Below, one piece after another: positions 10,352 through 19,499 of a DNA stretch of 64,000 bases. Both the position numbers and the translations under genes were made by a program. The stretch lies in assembly GCA_964542585.1 (NCBI GenBank), contig CAZIUI010000015.1:1164-65163 (forward strand), in the 5' to 3' direction. The number at the start of each line of letters is the position of its first letter. Positions within the stretch are counted from its first letter, which is position 1. Under the pieces are notes generated by a model that was not told the DNA's origin, ran no database searches, and saw only the letters and a program-made list of their open reading frames with translations. Origin of the DNA: an uncultured Sphingobacteriales bacterium (GTDB lineage Bacteria > Bacteroidota > Bacteroidia > CAILMK01 > CAYYUA01).

Positions 10352-11248
10352 ATGGTGTTTATGCTTAAGCAAATACAAGGGATACCTGCCATGGCCATTC
10401 TTGCCTTATTGGCCATCGCATGGGGTCAGGGGAAGGAACAAATAAAAACTGAACCAAACTCATCTGAAGGGCAAAGCCTCAGTGAAAACCTGGTAGGTCA
10501 TTGGAGTTTTGATCTCAATTCCGGGAAACGGGTAATCGACCGGTCAGACCATCAAGCTCATGGTGAACTTCTGGGAAAACCGGAAAGGGTGAAAGGAGTG
10601 GTTGGTAAAAATGCCCTGGCCCTGGACGGAGAGGATGATCATGTTGCTATCCTTGAGGATGGGCATACACCCTCCCACATTCAGGACTTGAACAAGGGAA
10701 CGATCGCGGTCTGGTTCAAGGCTCGAGATATTCCGGTTGGTGAAAGCATCTTGCCCGTATTTTATTATGGCAATAAAAACGGCTGTCCTACCATGTTCGA
10801 TGCTTCCAATGAAGGGATGATCATTGAAGTGGCCCACGGCCATGTTTATTCCGGGGCGCGCGGGGTCTTTTTTACGATGTTCAATAATGGCTGCCAATTG
10901 CCTTCCTTTTGTTGGGATTCCCATTCAGATGTTCACCTTTCCGATACCCAAGGAGCTATCCGTGAAGGTCGCTGGTACCATTTTGTAGCAGTGGTTGGTG
11001 AAGGTTACAATACGGGTTATTTGAATGGAGAAAAGATCAGCTATCGCGCCTATAACTTTAACGATGCCAAAGCCTCCCCTTTTTTTGATGATGCGCAGGC
11101 CCATGAGCGTATGTGGATCGGTAAAGGATTCTGGAACCATGCCAGTGAGGTATACTTTGATGGCTACATCGATGACCTGCGGATCTATAACAAGCCCCTG
11201 AGCGAAGAAGAGGTACAAAAACTTTACGCAATGAAAGCCAATAGTTAA
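10352..11248 (+). CDS. Secreted LamG-like (concanavalin A-like lectin/glucanase fold) domain protein
   Basis: Signal peptide. LVGHWSFDLNSGKRVIDRSDHQAHGEL...GKNALALDGEDDHVAI ... YFDGYIDDLRIYNKPLSEEEV is the Laminin_G_3 pattern. Confidence 0.6.
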   Translation: MVFMLKQIQGIPAMAILALLAIAWGQGKEQIKTEPNSSEGQSLSENLVGHWSFDLNSGKRVIDRSDHQAHGELLGKPERVKGVVGKNALALDGEDDHVAILEDGHTPSHIQDLNKGTIAVWFKARDIPVGESILPVFYYGNKNGCPTMFDASNEGMIIEVAHGHVYSGARGVFFTMFNNGCQLPSFCWDSHSDVHLSDTQGAIREGRWYHFVAVVGEGYNTGYLNGEKISYRAYNFNDAKASPFFDDAQAHERMWIGKGFWNHASEVYFDGYIDDLRIYNKPLSEEEVQKLYAMKANS

Positions 11249-11532
11249 GCTACTTTACTATTTTTGGAATTGCTTTTTAGGATGCTATTAAATGACAAAT
11301 TGTTTTAATCCATTTGTTTTAGGGGATTTTGAATCTTACAGAGGCCTAAAAGGATATACCCTTTTTATAGCAGCATGTTAACCCACCTGCGAGGTTGTTA
11401 AATATTCATTGTTTAATGGTCAACCTCAAAATGGCTTAACATGTATGTCTAAAATGATTACTAGTTTTAATTCATAGTTCCTTTAACAAATTTTTAGCAT
11501 TATAGAATTAAAACCCTAGCATTTTCGGATTT

Positions 11533-12162
11533 ATGCAGGATGCAGTTACACAATCCCTGGAAGAAGATAACAGGCAGATAAGAGCCGGCCTCGATGAGCT
11601 AAAAAAGCTATACGAGGTAGAAACCCTCACCCAAACAGAAGAAGCTGAAATTCAGGAGCGCTTAGCGATGTTTGAAGCGCTTAGCGTTTTCCAAGAGGTC
11701 TTTATTTATGGAGGCGTCAAGCTCATGGTTGAGGGCTTTAGCTGCTACTTCCTGGTGCTTAGCCTCAACTATCAGCAGGAAGGTTTAACGGCTTATCAGG
11801 GGCAAACTCCCGGTTTAACCAAGCTCTCCTATGCCGGGCTTACCACCCTGAATAAAGATTACGGCAATGCCAACATTCGCCCCGAAACTTTCTTTGAGCG
11901 TACCCTGGAAGTTTTTAACCCTACCAAAGTTCGCTTTGATTCAGATAAGGAATTTAATAAACGCTATCGCGTTGAAGCTGAGGAGCCTGAAAAGTTAAAG
12001 ACACAGGCTTCCCCGGCTTTTTTACAAACCATCAAAGCATACGAAAGCCTTACCCTGGAACTAAAGGGCAAAAACTTGCTTGGCCGTTTACCAAAGGGGC
12101 TTTCCGCGGAAGTAGCCAAGCAACTTGCCGGATTTTTAACAAAGATCTCAAAAGTCGGATAA
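11533..12162 (+). CDS. Hypothetical protein (209 aa), no recognisable motif
   Basis: Intact ORF with non-repetitive composition. Lies between the LamG gene and a T9SS cargo gene. Confidence 0.4.
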   Translation: MQDAVTQSLEEDNRQIRAGLDELKKLYEVETLTQTEEAEIQERLAMFEALSVFQEVFIYGGVKLMVEGFSCYFLVLSLNYQQEGLTAYQGQTPGLTKLSYAGLTTLNKDYGNANIRPETFFERTLEVFNPTKVRFDSDKEFNKRYRVEAEEPEKLKTQASPAFLQTIKAYESLTLELKGKNLLGRLPKGLSAEVAKQLAGFLTKISKVG

Positions 12163-12315
12163 GAAGGCTTGAATGGGCGGCTAACATCAATTTTAGTGTC
12201 TCAAGAGCTATTGGTTAAATAAAAATGACCTGCCTACCCAACCCGTCCATTTGCTTTTACGTTGATGAAAGTAACTATATTTATGAAAAGGTATAAAGCG
12301 AGCAGTGAAAAATTT

Positions 12316-14178
12316 ATGTACTTACTACGGCTGTGTTTTATAAGCCTGTTTTTGGTTGTTTGCTTTTCTTCGGCGGAAGCCCAAAAAAAAGTGGGCATCA
12401 ATGTCCAATTAACAGCTGATAAATCCCAATATGACCTGGATAGTATTTCGGTTGTTGTTAGCAGTGCAAGGGGTTTAGGAGGTACTGCGGATACATTGCT
12501 GACGAATAAACGGGGCTTTATTTCTGACTCTATACCCGTTAATCAAATAGGCAGTGGCTATCTGTTTGCCTCTATTAAAACCTGTGACAACAGACCAAGG
12601 GTGGATTCGCAATTTTTAATTGTTGATACCATTTCACCGGATACTTTTCGATTAAATGCCTGCCCACGTAGGCAATTGCAAGTAAGGGGTCAACTTTCCT
12701 CAGATGATGCGAACTATGGGCTAAATAACCGTGCGGTTGTTGTAAAACAGTTCCTATCAGGTCAGGTGCAGACTGATACGCTTACCACAGATGGGCAGGC
12801 AAATTTTCGTACAACGTTTCAGGTTCCGCCCTTATCCAGGGATTCGGTCAAGGCAACGGTAATTACTTGTAACGGTAATCGTATTACAAAGGGTAAGCAA
12901 GTAAATGTGGCCAATACCAACCAGGTAAACTTTACCTTAAATGCCTGCCCAAAAGCATTTTTGACCATAAAAGGAAGCCTTACCTCAGATGACCCTGATT
13001 ACGGACTGGATAGCATTGCTGTAACTATTGAAGAAAAATTTTCCAGTACTGGAGGAGTTACTACTGTTTTTACGGATTCAGGCGGGAGGTTCAGGAGTAC
13101 CATTTCCGTACCTGCATCCACATTGGATACCGTGCAGATAAGCATTAAAACTTGTAATGGGGATGATGTTGAGCGATCAAAACTTGTGAATGCGGATTCA
13201 GGTCTGCAATCTCCATTTAACTTAAATGTCTGTCCGCAATTGTCATCTATGACTTTATCAGGTTCTGTAGCCACTAAACAAGGACGAGTAGCTAACGCCT
13301 CAGTTCAAGTTTTTCAAAAGCAGCAAGCCGTTCCAGGTCAGCCAAAATTAAAACCTGAGGATTCAACAGGGGTGGATAGTAGTGGGACTTATAAGTTTGA
13401 AGGGCTCAAGCCAGGCACGTATTATCTTAGGGCACAAATGCCGCCTGAGGTTACAGATTCTCTCAATTACATGCCCACCTATTTTCGCAATATTCGCACA
13501 ATTCCCGGTGCAGGTATCTGGCCTAATGCTGATTCCATAACCTTGAAAACCCGGGATGTATACAAGGCGCGTATTAATATGCACAATGCTACCAAATTAA
13601 ATGGCCCCGGTTTTATTACTGGCTACGTGCATGAAAGAAATGTTGTAGGGGATCAAAAGCCAGCTGACGATGCATTGGTTGTGTTACTTGATCAAGATGG
13701 GGATCCGGTCGCTTTTCAGCATTGTGACTCGCTTGGGTTTTATGAGTTCCCTAACGTGGCACTTGGCACTTATCAATTACGGGTGGAAGTTCCGGGCTTC
13801 CCCTCTGAAAAAGGACAAGTAACCCTGACCCAGGAAGACCTGAGTACCACTCATATATACTTTACCATTCGTTCTGATAAGGTAATTATTGAAGAGCAGA
13901 ATTCGGTTTCCCGCCAGCGCCAAAAACCAGCGGTTACCAAGCTATATCCCAATCCGGTTCAGGAGCAGCTCAACCTCTCGTTAAGATTTAAAGGATCAAG
14001 AAAAGTTACCCTGAGCATCAGCTCATTGAGGGGTAAAACCCTTTTCAGGCAAGTACTAAGTACTGAGCAGGCTCATACGAACAGGACCATACCGATGGAT
14101 ACCTATCCTGATGGTGTTTATTTGCTAAAGTTAAGTACCGGGAAGCAAGTTATTACGAAAAAAATTGTTAAAAATTAG
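12316..14178 (+). CDS. Secreted protein with three internal Cys-containing ~100-aa repeats, carboxypeptidase-regulatory-like (CarbopepD_reg-like) region, and T9SS type-A CTD
   Basis: Likely start at ATG 12316 (signal peptide MYLLRLCFISLFLVVCFSSAEAQ). The ORF-track start 12262 is TTG. Repeats LNACPRRQLQVRGQLSSDD.NYGL / LNACPKAFLTIKGSLTSDDPDYGL / LNVCPQLSSMTLSG. C-terminus KLYPNPVQEQLNLSL...VTLSISSLRGKTL...GVYLLKLSTGKQVITKKIV is a T9SS CTD. Confidence 0.7.
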   Translation: MYLLRLCFISLFLVVCFSSAEAQKKVGINVQLTADKSQYDLDSISVVVSSARGLGGTADTLLTNKRGFISDSIPVNQIGSGYLFASIKTCDNRPRVDSQFLIVDTISPDTFRLNACPRRQLQVRGQLSSDDANYGLNNRAVVVKQFLSGQVQTDTLTTDGQANFRTTFQVPPLSRDSVKATVITCNGNRITKGKQVNVANTNQVNFTLNACPKAFLTIKGSLTSDDPDYGLDSIAVTIEEKFSSTGGVTTVFTDSGGRFRSTISVPASTLDTVQISIKTCNGDDVERSKLVNADSGLQSPFNLNVCPQLSSMTLSGSVATKQGRVANASVQVFQKQQAVPGQPKLKPEDSTGVDSSGTYKFEGLKPGTYYLRAQMPPEVTDSLNYMPTYFRNIRTIPGAGIWPNADSITLKTRDVYKARINMHNATKLNGPGFITGYVHERNVVGDQKPADDALVVLLDQDGDPVAFQHCDSLGFYEFPNVALGTYQLRVEVPGFPSEKGQVTLTQEDLSTTHIYFTIRSDKVIIEEQNSVSRQRQKPAVTKLYPNPVQEQLNLSLRFKGSRKVTLSISSLRGKTLFRQVLSTEQAHTNRTIPMDTYPDGVYLLKLSTGKQVITKKIVKN

Positions 14179-14280
14179 GGATCATAATGAGCTCAAGTAT
14201 TTATTACACTTGTAAGGCATCAACCCATCAAAGGGGTGCTTTTATTTAGAAACTGGCAAAACCGGTAGCACCGAGGTTGT

Positions 14281-14853
14281 ATGTCCAATGATGGCAGCAT
14301 ACTGTCGATGATTAAGGGCTGCCTCAAAGGTAAGCGACAGGCACAGTATAAGCTTTATCGCCACTGTTATAGCCTTTTAATGCCCGTATGTATGAGATAT
14401 GAGCACAATGAGGAAGATGCCAGGGCTGTGTTGAATGAAGGATTTTTAAAGATCCTGGATAACCTCGATGTTTTTAATCAAGATGTACCATTTGAAGCTT
14501 GGTGCAAGCGAATCATGATCAATACCCTGATCGATGCTTACCGGAAAAAACGCAATAAACCGCAAAGCTGTGATTTTGAGGAATGGAGTCATAACGGAGA
14601 GCTAGGAATAAGTCTTAATGATGCTTTGGAAGTGTTCACAGCAGAAGACCTGGAAAGGATGCTACATAGCCTTCCTGACACAAGCCGGAAAGTTTTTAAC
14701 CTGTATGTAGTAGACGGTTTTAATCATAAAGAAATTGGCGAGAAACTCAACATTGCTGAAGGGACATCCAAATGGCACGTGAATCACGCAAGAAATAAAT
14801 TACAGCAAATCATGAAAGATATGATGAACCCCTCTCAAAAATTGGCCTTATGA
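14281..14853 (+). CDS. RNA polymerase ECF-type sigma-70 factor (sigma-24 family)
   Basis: Region-2-like FEAWCKRIMINTLIDAYRKKRN. Region-4 HTH VFNLYVVDGFNHKEIGEKLNIAEGTSKWHVNHARNKLQ. Length 190 aa. Confidence 0.85.
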   Translation: MSNDGSILSMIKGCLKGKRQAQYKLYRHCYSLLMPVCMRYEHNEEDARAVLNEGFLKILDNLDVFNQDVPFEAWCKRIMINTLIDAYRKKRNKPQSCDFEEWSHNGELGISLNDALEVFTAEDLERMLHSLPDTSRKVFNLYVVDGFNHKEIGEKLNIAEGTSKWHVNHARNKLQQIMKDMMNPSQKLAL

Positions 14854-16181
14854 ATTTTGAAGATCTGGATAAGTTGTTCAGGAATAAGCTCGGCCAAAAA
14901 AGGGCTGAGTTTGACGAAGGTGCCTGGGCGGAAATGGAGGATATCCTCAAGAAGCGAAGGAGAGGGCGCAGGTTTACTGGATGGTGGACGATCCTTCCAC
15001 TGTTATTGGTAGGTTCCATCGGCGGCTATCTAGTTCTGGAAAAGGACTCTATTTTAAAGAAATTGGCCATTAGCCAGCCAAAACAAACCATTAATGCTGG
15101 TAAGCTTCAAATAAATAAGGATTCGTCAAATGATGGTAGGGGTTCACCGATGAGTCCACTGCTAACAGGGGCTTTAATGGGGCAGCCCAAAATAGATAAG
15201 CAAAATCGTTCAGCTGATGAGTCCAGTTCCAATCAATCAAATTCACCATCAAATAGCACCCGGGGGGAGGAAACTTTGCCAAAGCATGCTTCCTCCCAAG
15301 ATGTTTCAAATACCGCAACAGCTCAAAACCAAGCTCGAAAATCAGGTTACAAGCAAAGGGTTTCGAAACCCAATGATCCTAAGCGAGATAAAAGCCAACC
15401 TCAAACTGAAATTTTCGATAAGGCTATGGAAGTGGCAGGAGTCAAGGAATCAGCTAATCAATTAACGTTTGCCAAACTTCCCACTAAAGATTTCCAGCTT
15501 GAACGACAGGCGCTCTCACCACAGGAAGCCAATACGCTTGTGGATTCCCTGAAGCTGAATCCTGACATCCATGAAACTTTTGCTTTTGGCCTTTCAGGTG
15601 GTGCTCAGTTCACTTCGGAGCCTAATGGTGATGCGTTTAGTAATTTATCAGCGGAACCTTTGGTGGGGGGCTATGTTCGCTGGCATTTAGGGGCTGACTG
15701 GTTTTTGAATGCCGAGGTCTTGTATCATTATGATCAGTCACCTGCATACCAGGAAACCGTAACGCAACGGTCGTATAATTTTGGTTTCAAAGCAAAGTCT
15801 ACCACTGTAGCTTTAGATCAAATACATTATTTAGAACTTCCTGTTTACCTTGATTATGAGCTGTTTGGCTCTCATGGTGTTATCGGAGGTATTAAGGGGT
15901 CCTATCTTGTCACGGGTACAGGCACTGTAACCCAAAAGCAATTTTCCTCTCTTGATAAAGGACCCACCAGTAGCCAAAATACCCAAATACAACCAAATTC
16001 GCTTAAAACCTGGCAATTGCAGGGTGTGCTTGGTTATCGTTTTGATTACAATGATCAAATACGGCTGCAACTAAGGGGCGTTTTTGGCCCAGGTCGCGTA
16101 AAACAAAGTGCCAGTGATGCGAGTGTTGCTCAGGATCAAAATATTGGAGTTCAACTATTGCTCCAATATCAACTGAATTAA
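14850..16181 (+). CDS. Putative anti-sigma factor: short cytoplasmic N-terminus, single TM helix, long Ser/Asn/Gln/Pro/Lys-rich linker, C-terminal outer-membrane beta-barrel-like domain
   Basis: Start overlaps the sigma-factor stop by 4 bp (ATGA). TM segment WWTILPLLLVGSIGGYLVLE. About 200-aa low-complexity region. C-terminal alternating hydrophobic pattern (GLSGGAQFTSEP...VGGYVRWHLGADWFLNAEVLYHYD...LQLRGVFG) resembles OMP_b-brl_2-type domains often fused to Bacteroidota anti-sigma factors. Confidence 0.5.
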   Translation: MNFEDLDKLFRNKLGQKRAEFDEGAWAEMEDILKKRRRGRRFTGWWTILPLLLVGSIGGYLVLEKDSILKKLAISQPKQTINAGKLQINKDSSNDGRGSPMSPLLTGALMGQPKIDKQNRSADESSSNQSNSPSNSTRGEETLPKHASSQDVSNTATAQNQARKSGYKQRVSKPNDPKRDKSQPQTEIFDKAMEVAGVKESANQLTFAKLPTKDFQLERQALSPQEANTLVDSLKLNPDIHETFAFGLSGGAQFTSEPNGDAFSNLSAEPLVGGYVRWHLGADWFLNAEVLYHYDQSPAYQETVTQRSYNFGFKAKSTTVALDQIHYLELPVYLDYELFGSHGVIGGIKGSYLVTGTGTVTQKQFSSLDKGPTSSQNTQIQPNSLKTWQLQGVLGYRFDYNDQIRLQLRGVFGPGRVKQSASDASVAQDQNIGVQLLLQYQLN

Positions 16182-16192
16182 AACGGGGCTAT

Positions 16193-17308
16193 ATGAAGCT
16201 GTGGGTTTTTATATTACCGGTATTATCAGGGCTGATAGCCGGCTGTAACGAAGAAAAACTTCCCAAACCTGATGCTGGCGATCCTACCTTTGAGGTGAAG
16301 GGCGTAATTGATGGAAAGTCAAGATCCATTCAAGCAGGGAAAGCTGAGTACTTTATGCACACCTATTTCACCAGTGACTCCAATAACCAGTATTACCTAA
16401 CAGGGCAATTTGGGAATCCCAAGTGCAGAAATTGCCCCAAATCTCTTAAGATTCAAATCCCTTCCTATCGTAATGCCAAAGGTGAGCTTAATCTTGAAGA
16501 GGCTTTAAGGGAAGGGGAGCGGTCTTATTATCAGCCGGTTAAGGGACGTAAAGTCTCATTTAATGCCATTTCTAACAAAGATGGGGCTGCCAAAAAATTT
16601 ACCTGGAGCTTTGGGGATGACCGGAGTTCAGTGAAAAAGGCTCCCACCCATTTCTATCCCTCTTCAAGCAGGGATACTTTTACCACTACTCTACGAATCA
16701 ATTACAATAACGGGGCCTGCGTTGCGAGAACCTCAAGAAAAATTTCCCTGGAGGAAAATGCTTGCCGCGTAAACTACCAAGTGAAACACGTCAATCAAAC
16801 AGAAATTGTTTTTGAGTCCTTAGTAAGAAACATTGACCGCCCTGTGCGTTACCGTTGGTTCAAAGAAAATACCTTGATATCAAAAGTTGCTCATCCCACT
16901 TTTGATTTTCTTAAACCAGGTAGCTATAAGGTTTGCCTCAAAGCAAGCGGTGCTTCAGGTTGTTCCACTCAACGCTGCCAAGAGGTAGAGGTTTTTGCCG
17001 ATGGTTGTAATGCCAACTTTAATTACATGGTGAGTGATGACACCGCCAGAGTTGACCTTTCATACGTGAATATAAGCTGGCGTGATGAACAGGGAAAGGT
17101 TTACATTACGGGTAAACATGAACAACCCGATCGCAGTTATTTCCGGATCCTAAAGGCTAAACCTTATCAAGAAAATCGGAGAGGCCAGCCCACGTACAAA
17201 CTGGAAGTAGAATTTGACTGCATGGTTTACGCAGCCGATGACAGCAAGCTGCGCTTAAAAGCCTTCAAAGGAACCATAGGCGTTGCTTACCCGGAGAATG
17301 GGAGATAA
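16193..17308 (+). CDS. Lipoprotein with PKD domain
   Basis: Lipoprotein signal MKLWVFILPVLSGLIAGC. PKD signature FTWSFGDDRSSVKKAPTHFY...RDTFTTTLRINYNNGAC. Confidence 0.65.
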   Translation: MKLWVFILPVLSGLIAGCNEEKLPKPDAGDPTFEVKGVIDGKSRSIQAGKAEYFMHTYFTSDSNNQYYLTGQFGNPKCRNCPKSLKIQIPSYRNAKGELNLEEALREGERSYYQPVKGRKVSFNAISNKDGAAKKFTWSFGDDRSSVKKAPTHFYPSSSRDTFTTTLRINYNNGACVARTSRKISLEENACRVNYQVKHVNQTEIVFESLVRNIDRPVRYRWFKENTLISKVAHPTFDFLKPGSYKVCLKASGASGCSTQRCQEVEVFADGCNANFNYMVSDDTARVDLSYVNISWRDEQGKVYITGKHEQPDRSYFRILKAKPYQENRRGQPTYKLEVEFDCMVYAADDSKLRLKAFKGTIGVAYPENGR

Positions 17309-18005
17309 CAGCATGAGAATAAGACCATTCAAGTGGGTGCCTTAGCAATACTTGTACAAATTAATGATCGGTTCTATCCTCACAAACAACAGGTTTAAAA
17401 CCCCTAACTTGGGATTATAAAGCCTATACCGCTCTGATTATCCCAAAAAAAATTGACGATCGAAAATAATGTGACCCTGATATGGGCGGCATAGGGCGTC
17501 ACCGCTTTCAAGCCCAGAAATTTCTTACTGCAGTGGATAGGCAGTCAAGCACTATCGAGCTATTTATTAAAAAAGGGAGTGAAAAGCCTTAAAAGCGCTA
17601 GTGGGCTAAGTTTATAAGTAATTCTTTAATTCACTATTGCAGATAGGACAACTCCGAATTATAAATAAATATGGATATTAATTTTTTTTAAGATTATTTA
17701 TACAGCAGAAATGCTGGACCTCATAGATCACTGTGATAAGCTTTCTAAAGGCGTAAAAAAAGGGGTGGACGTTCTTACCATACATTACCGAATGGCTTAA
17801 TTTTTCGCTAATAGACGGATGATGAATTAATTATCAGCGTTGAAAGGGTGATGGGACAAATCCAGGAAAATTTAACTTTTAATCTTTCGGCTAATGCCAA
17901 ATGCCAGCCGCTCTTAAGCGTTTTTTTGAAAGCTTAAGTGCAGGTAATAGCCGGTGCGACTGGTAAAAAATCACCCGATCTTGCTTGATGAAGAATTGAT
18001 CAATG

Positions 18006-18491
18006 TCAACGGGGGTTGTTTCGTTGAGTTCCTTTTTTACTATTGCGCAACATGGTTTTGAGCTGCTTTCGCCTGCCGGTATCAAAGAGGTGCTTAAACC
18101 TCAAAAACTTATTCTTTCTGAAGCTATAATGTCGTGTATGTGTTTCAGGTGTTGCTGCAACCTGTGCCCTGGATGTTGTAGTTGTAAGACGCAAAGAAAT
18201 GAAGGCTTGTTCCGAAAAAAGGTTCAAATTAAAATTTGACCGATGGCCTACCATCCCATCTTTGCAAAACTGTTGAAGAGTTAATGTTTTTAGCTCCTTG
18301 CTTTGACCGTAAACGATTTCATTGATGGCTTTATTAAGGGTTTTGTTTGCTTTGGGATAGGTCTTAAAACGGAAAAGGGGATAAGTCAAGTCGATCTCAC
18401 AAGGCCTTTGCTTTATCTCCTTCACAAACCCATGGCTTTGATGCCTTATGGTATCGCGGTAGCTGGTATTAGCGGGCACCCGAACCTCCAT
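18006..18491 (-). CDS. Doubtful hypothetical ORF (161 aa) in an ORF-poor region; overlapped by a Cys-rich ORF on the opposite strand
   Basis: The N-terminal half has protein-like composition. The C-terminal half is basic and low-complexity. No motif recognised. May be a remnant. Confidence 0.2.
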   Translation of the reverse strand: MEVRVPANTSYRDTIRHQSHGFVKEIKQRPCEIDLTYPLFRFKTYPKANKTLNKAINEIVYGQSKELKTLTLQQFCKDGMVGHRSNFNLNLFSEQAFISLRLTTTTSRAQVAATPETHTRHYSFRKNKFLRFKHLFDTGRRKQLKTMLRNSKKGTQRNNPR

Positions 18492-18668
18492 TATTTGGCT
18501 TGGTGCTTCTCCGGACTGTTACCGTATCCTTTTCTACCTGCTGGCCAAAGGCGCTATATCCTGTTAATAGCAGCCAAAAGCTGAGTTTACCAGGAAAAAA
18601 CCCTGAGGTCAATGGATTTTTGATCGTTAATAGGGTCATTTAACTTTAGCATTTCAAATAAAACAACT

Positions 18669-19409
18669 ATGGCCAGGACTCAATACAAAAAACGCCGGAA
18701 GCTTGGATGGGCGCGCTGGCTGCTTTTCCTCATCGGCAAGCCGGTCAAGGTCAAAGAAAGTGTTCTGCACACCACGCCTTGGCTCACCCGCGGTATGATA
18801 GCGGGTATAAGCTTGGTTTCAATTTTATTCTGGTTTGGTTTTGAGCAGGGGATGATTTTACAGAGGCTGATCTTTAAACCGGAAGCCTCGGGTATGCAAT
18901 GGTATATAGGCCTGTTTGGCTGTGCTTTTATCCATGCCGGATGGGCTCACTTGCTGGGAAACATGTACTTTCTTTGGTTATTTGGCCGGAATGTGGAAAG
19001 CCGGTTCGGGCGCCGGCGCATGATGGGACTATTCTTCATCGCTACTGCGCTAGGCGCTTATTTTCACAGCTTATTAGCAGCAGAACCGTTGGTGGGAGCC
19101 AGTGGAGGCATTTTTGGGATCCTGGTCATGTATGCCATGCTTTTCCCCAAATCCCGAATTCTCTGGATCCCGTTTTTCGGGTTCATTTTCCGCCTGATAG
19201 CCTTGCGAACGGAAAAAATGATAGGTAAACGCTTTTTGAGAGAAGGCATCCCGGTGCGCTATTTCCTGTTCATTTACCTCGGTATCCAGGGCTTCCTGCT
19301 TTATGAGCAACTCTATGCTGATGGGGCGGTTTCCGCTTTAGGTCATCTGGGTGGGGGGCTAGCAGGACTTGTCATTTTTGGCGGCTGGAAGTGGAAATTG
19401 TTACCTTAA
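18669..19409 (+). CDS. Rhomboid family intramembrane serine protease
   Basis: Rhomboid motifs HLLGNMYFLWLFG and catalytic GASGGIFGIL (GxSG). Multiple TM helices. Downstream His in AVSALGHLGGGLAG. Confidence 0.75.
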   Translation: MARTQYKKRRKLGWARWLLFLIGKPVKVKESVLHTTPWLTRGMIAGISLVSILFWFGFEQGMILQRLIFKPEASGMQWYIGLFGCAFIHAGWAHLLGNMYFLWLFGRNVESRFGRRRMMGLFFIATALGAYFHSLLAAEPLVGASGGIFGILVMYAMLFPKSRILWIPFFGFIFRLIALRTEKMIGKRFLREGIPVRYFLFIYLGIQGFLLYEQLYADGAVSALGHLGGGLAGLVIFGGWKWKLLP

Positions 19410-19432
19410 GAATCCAAATCCTAACTCTTAGC

Positions 19433-19463
19433 AAAAAAAGGGAGCGGACCGAAGTCCACTCCC
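19433..19463 (-). terminator. Rho-independent terminator for the minus-strand PKD/T9SS gene ending at 19500
   Basis: On the plus strand this is GGGAGCGGAC-CGAA-GTCCACTCCC, a 10-bp stem with one mismatch and a 4-nt loop, at 19440-19463. It is preceded by A7 at 19433-19439, which is a U7 tract directly after the hairpin on the minus strand. Confidence 0.6.
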
Positions 19464-19499
19464 CTACCCAACAAAAAAGGAACAAAGGCAAGCTTTTTA

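Noticed and set aside
14221-14247. Weak hairpin plus TTTTATTT after the 12316..14178 gene
   Set aside because: The stem is only 4 bp (ACCC/GGGT), too weak to call a terminator. The next gene (ECF sigma) may be co-transcribed.
18899-19310. ORFs 18899..19228 +, 19064..19249 - and 19074..19310 - overlapping the rhomboid gene
   Set aside because: The rhomboid frame carries the diagnostic GxSG and H motifs. The alternatives lack motifs and are Arg/Pro-rich frame artefacts.
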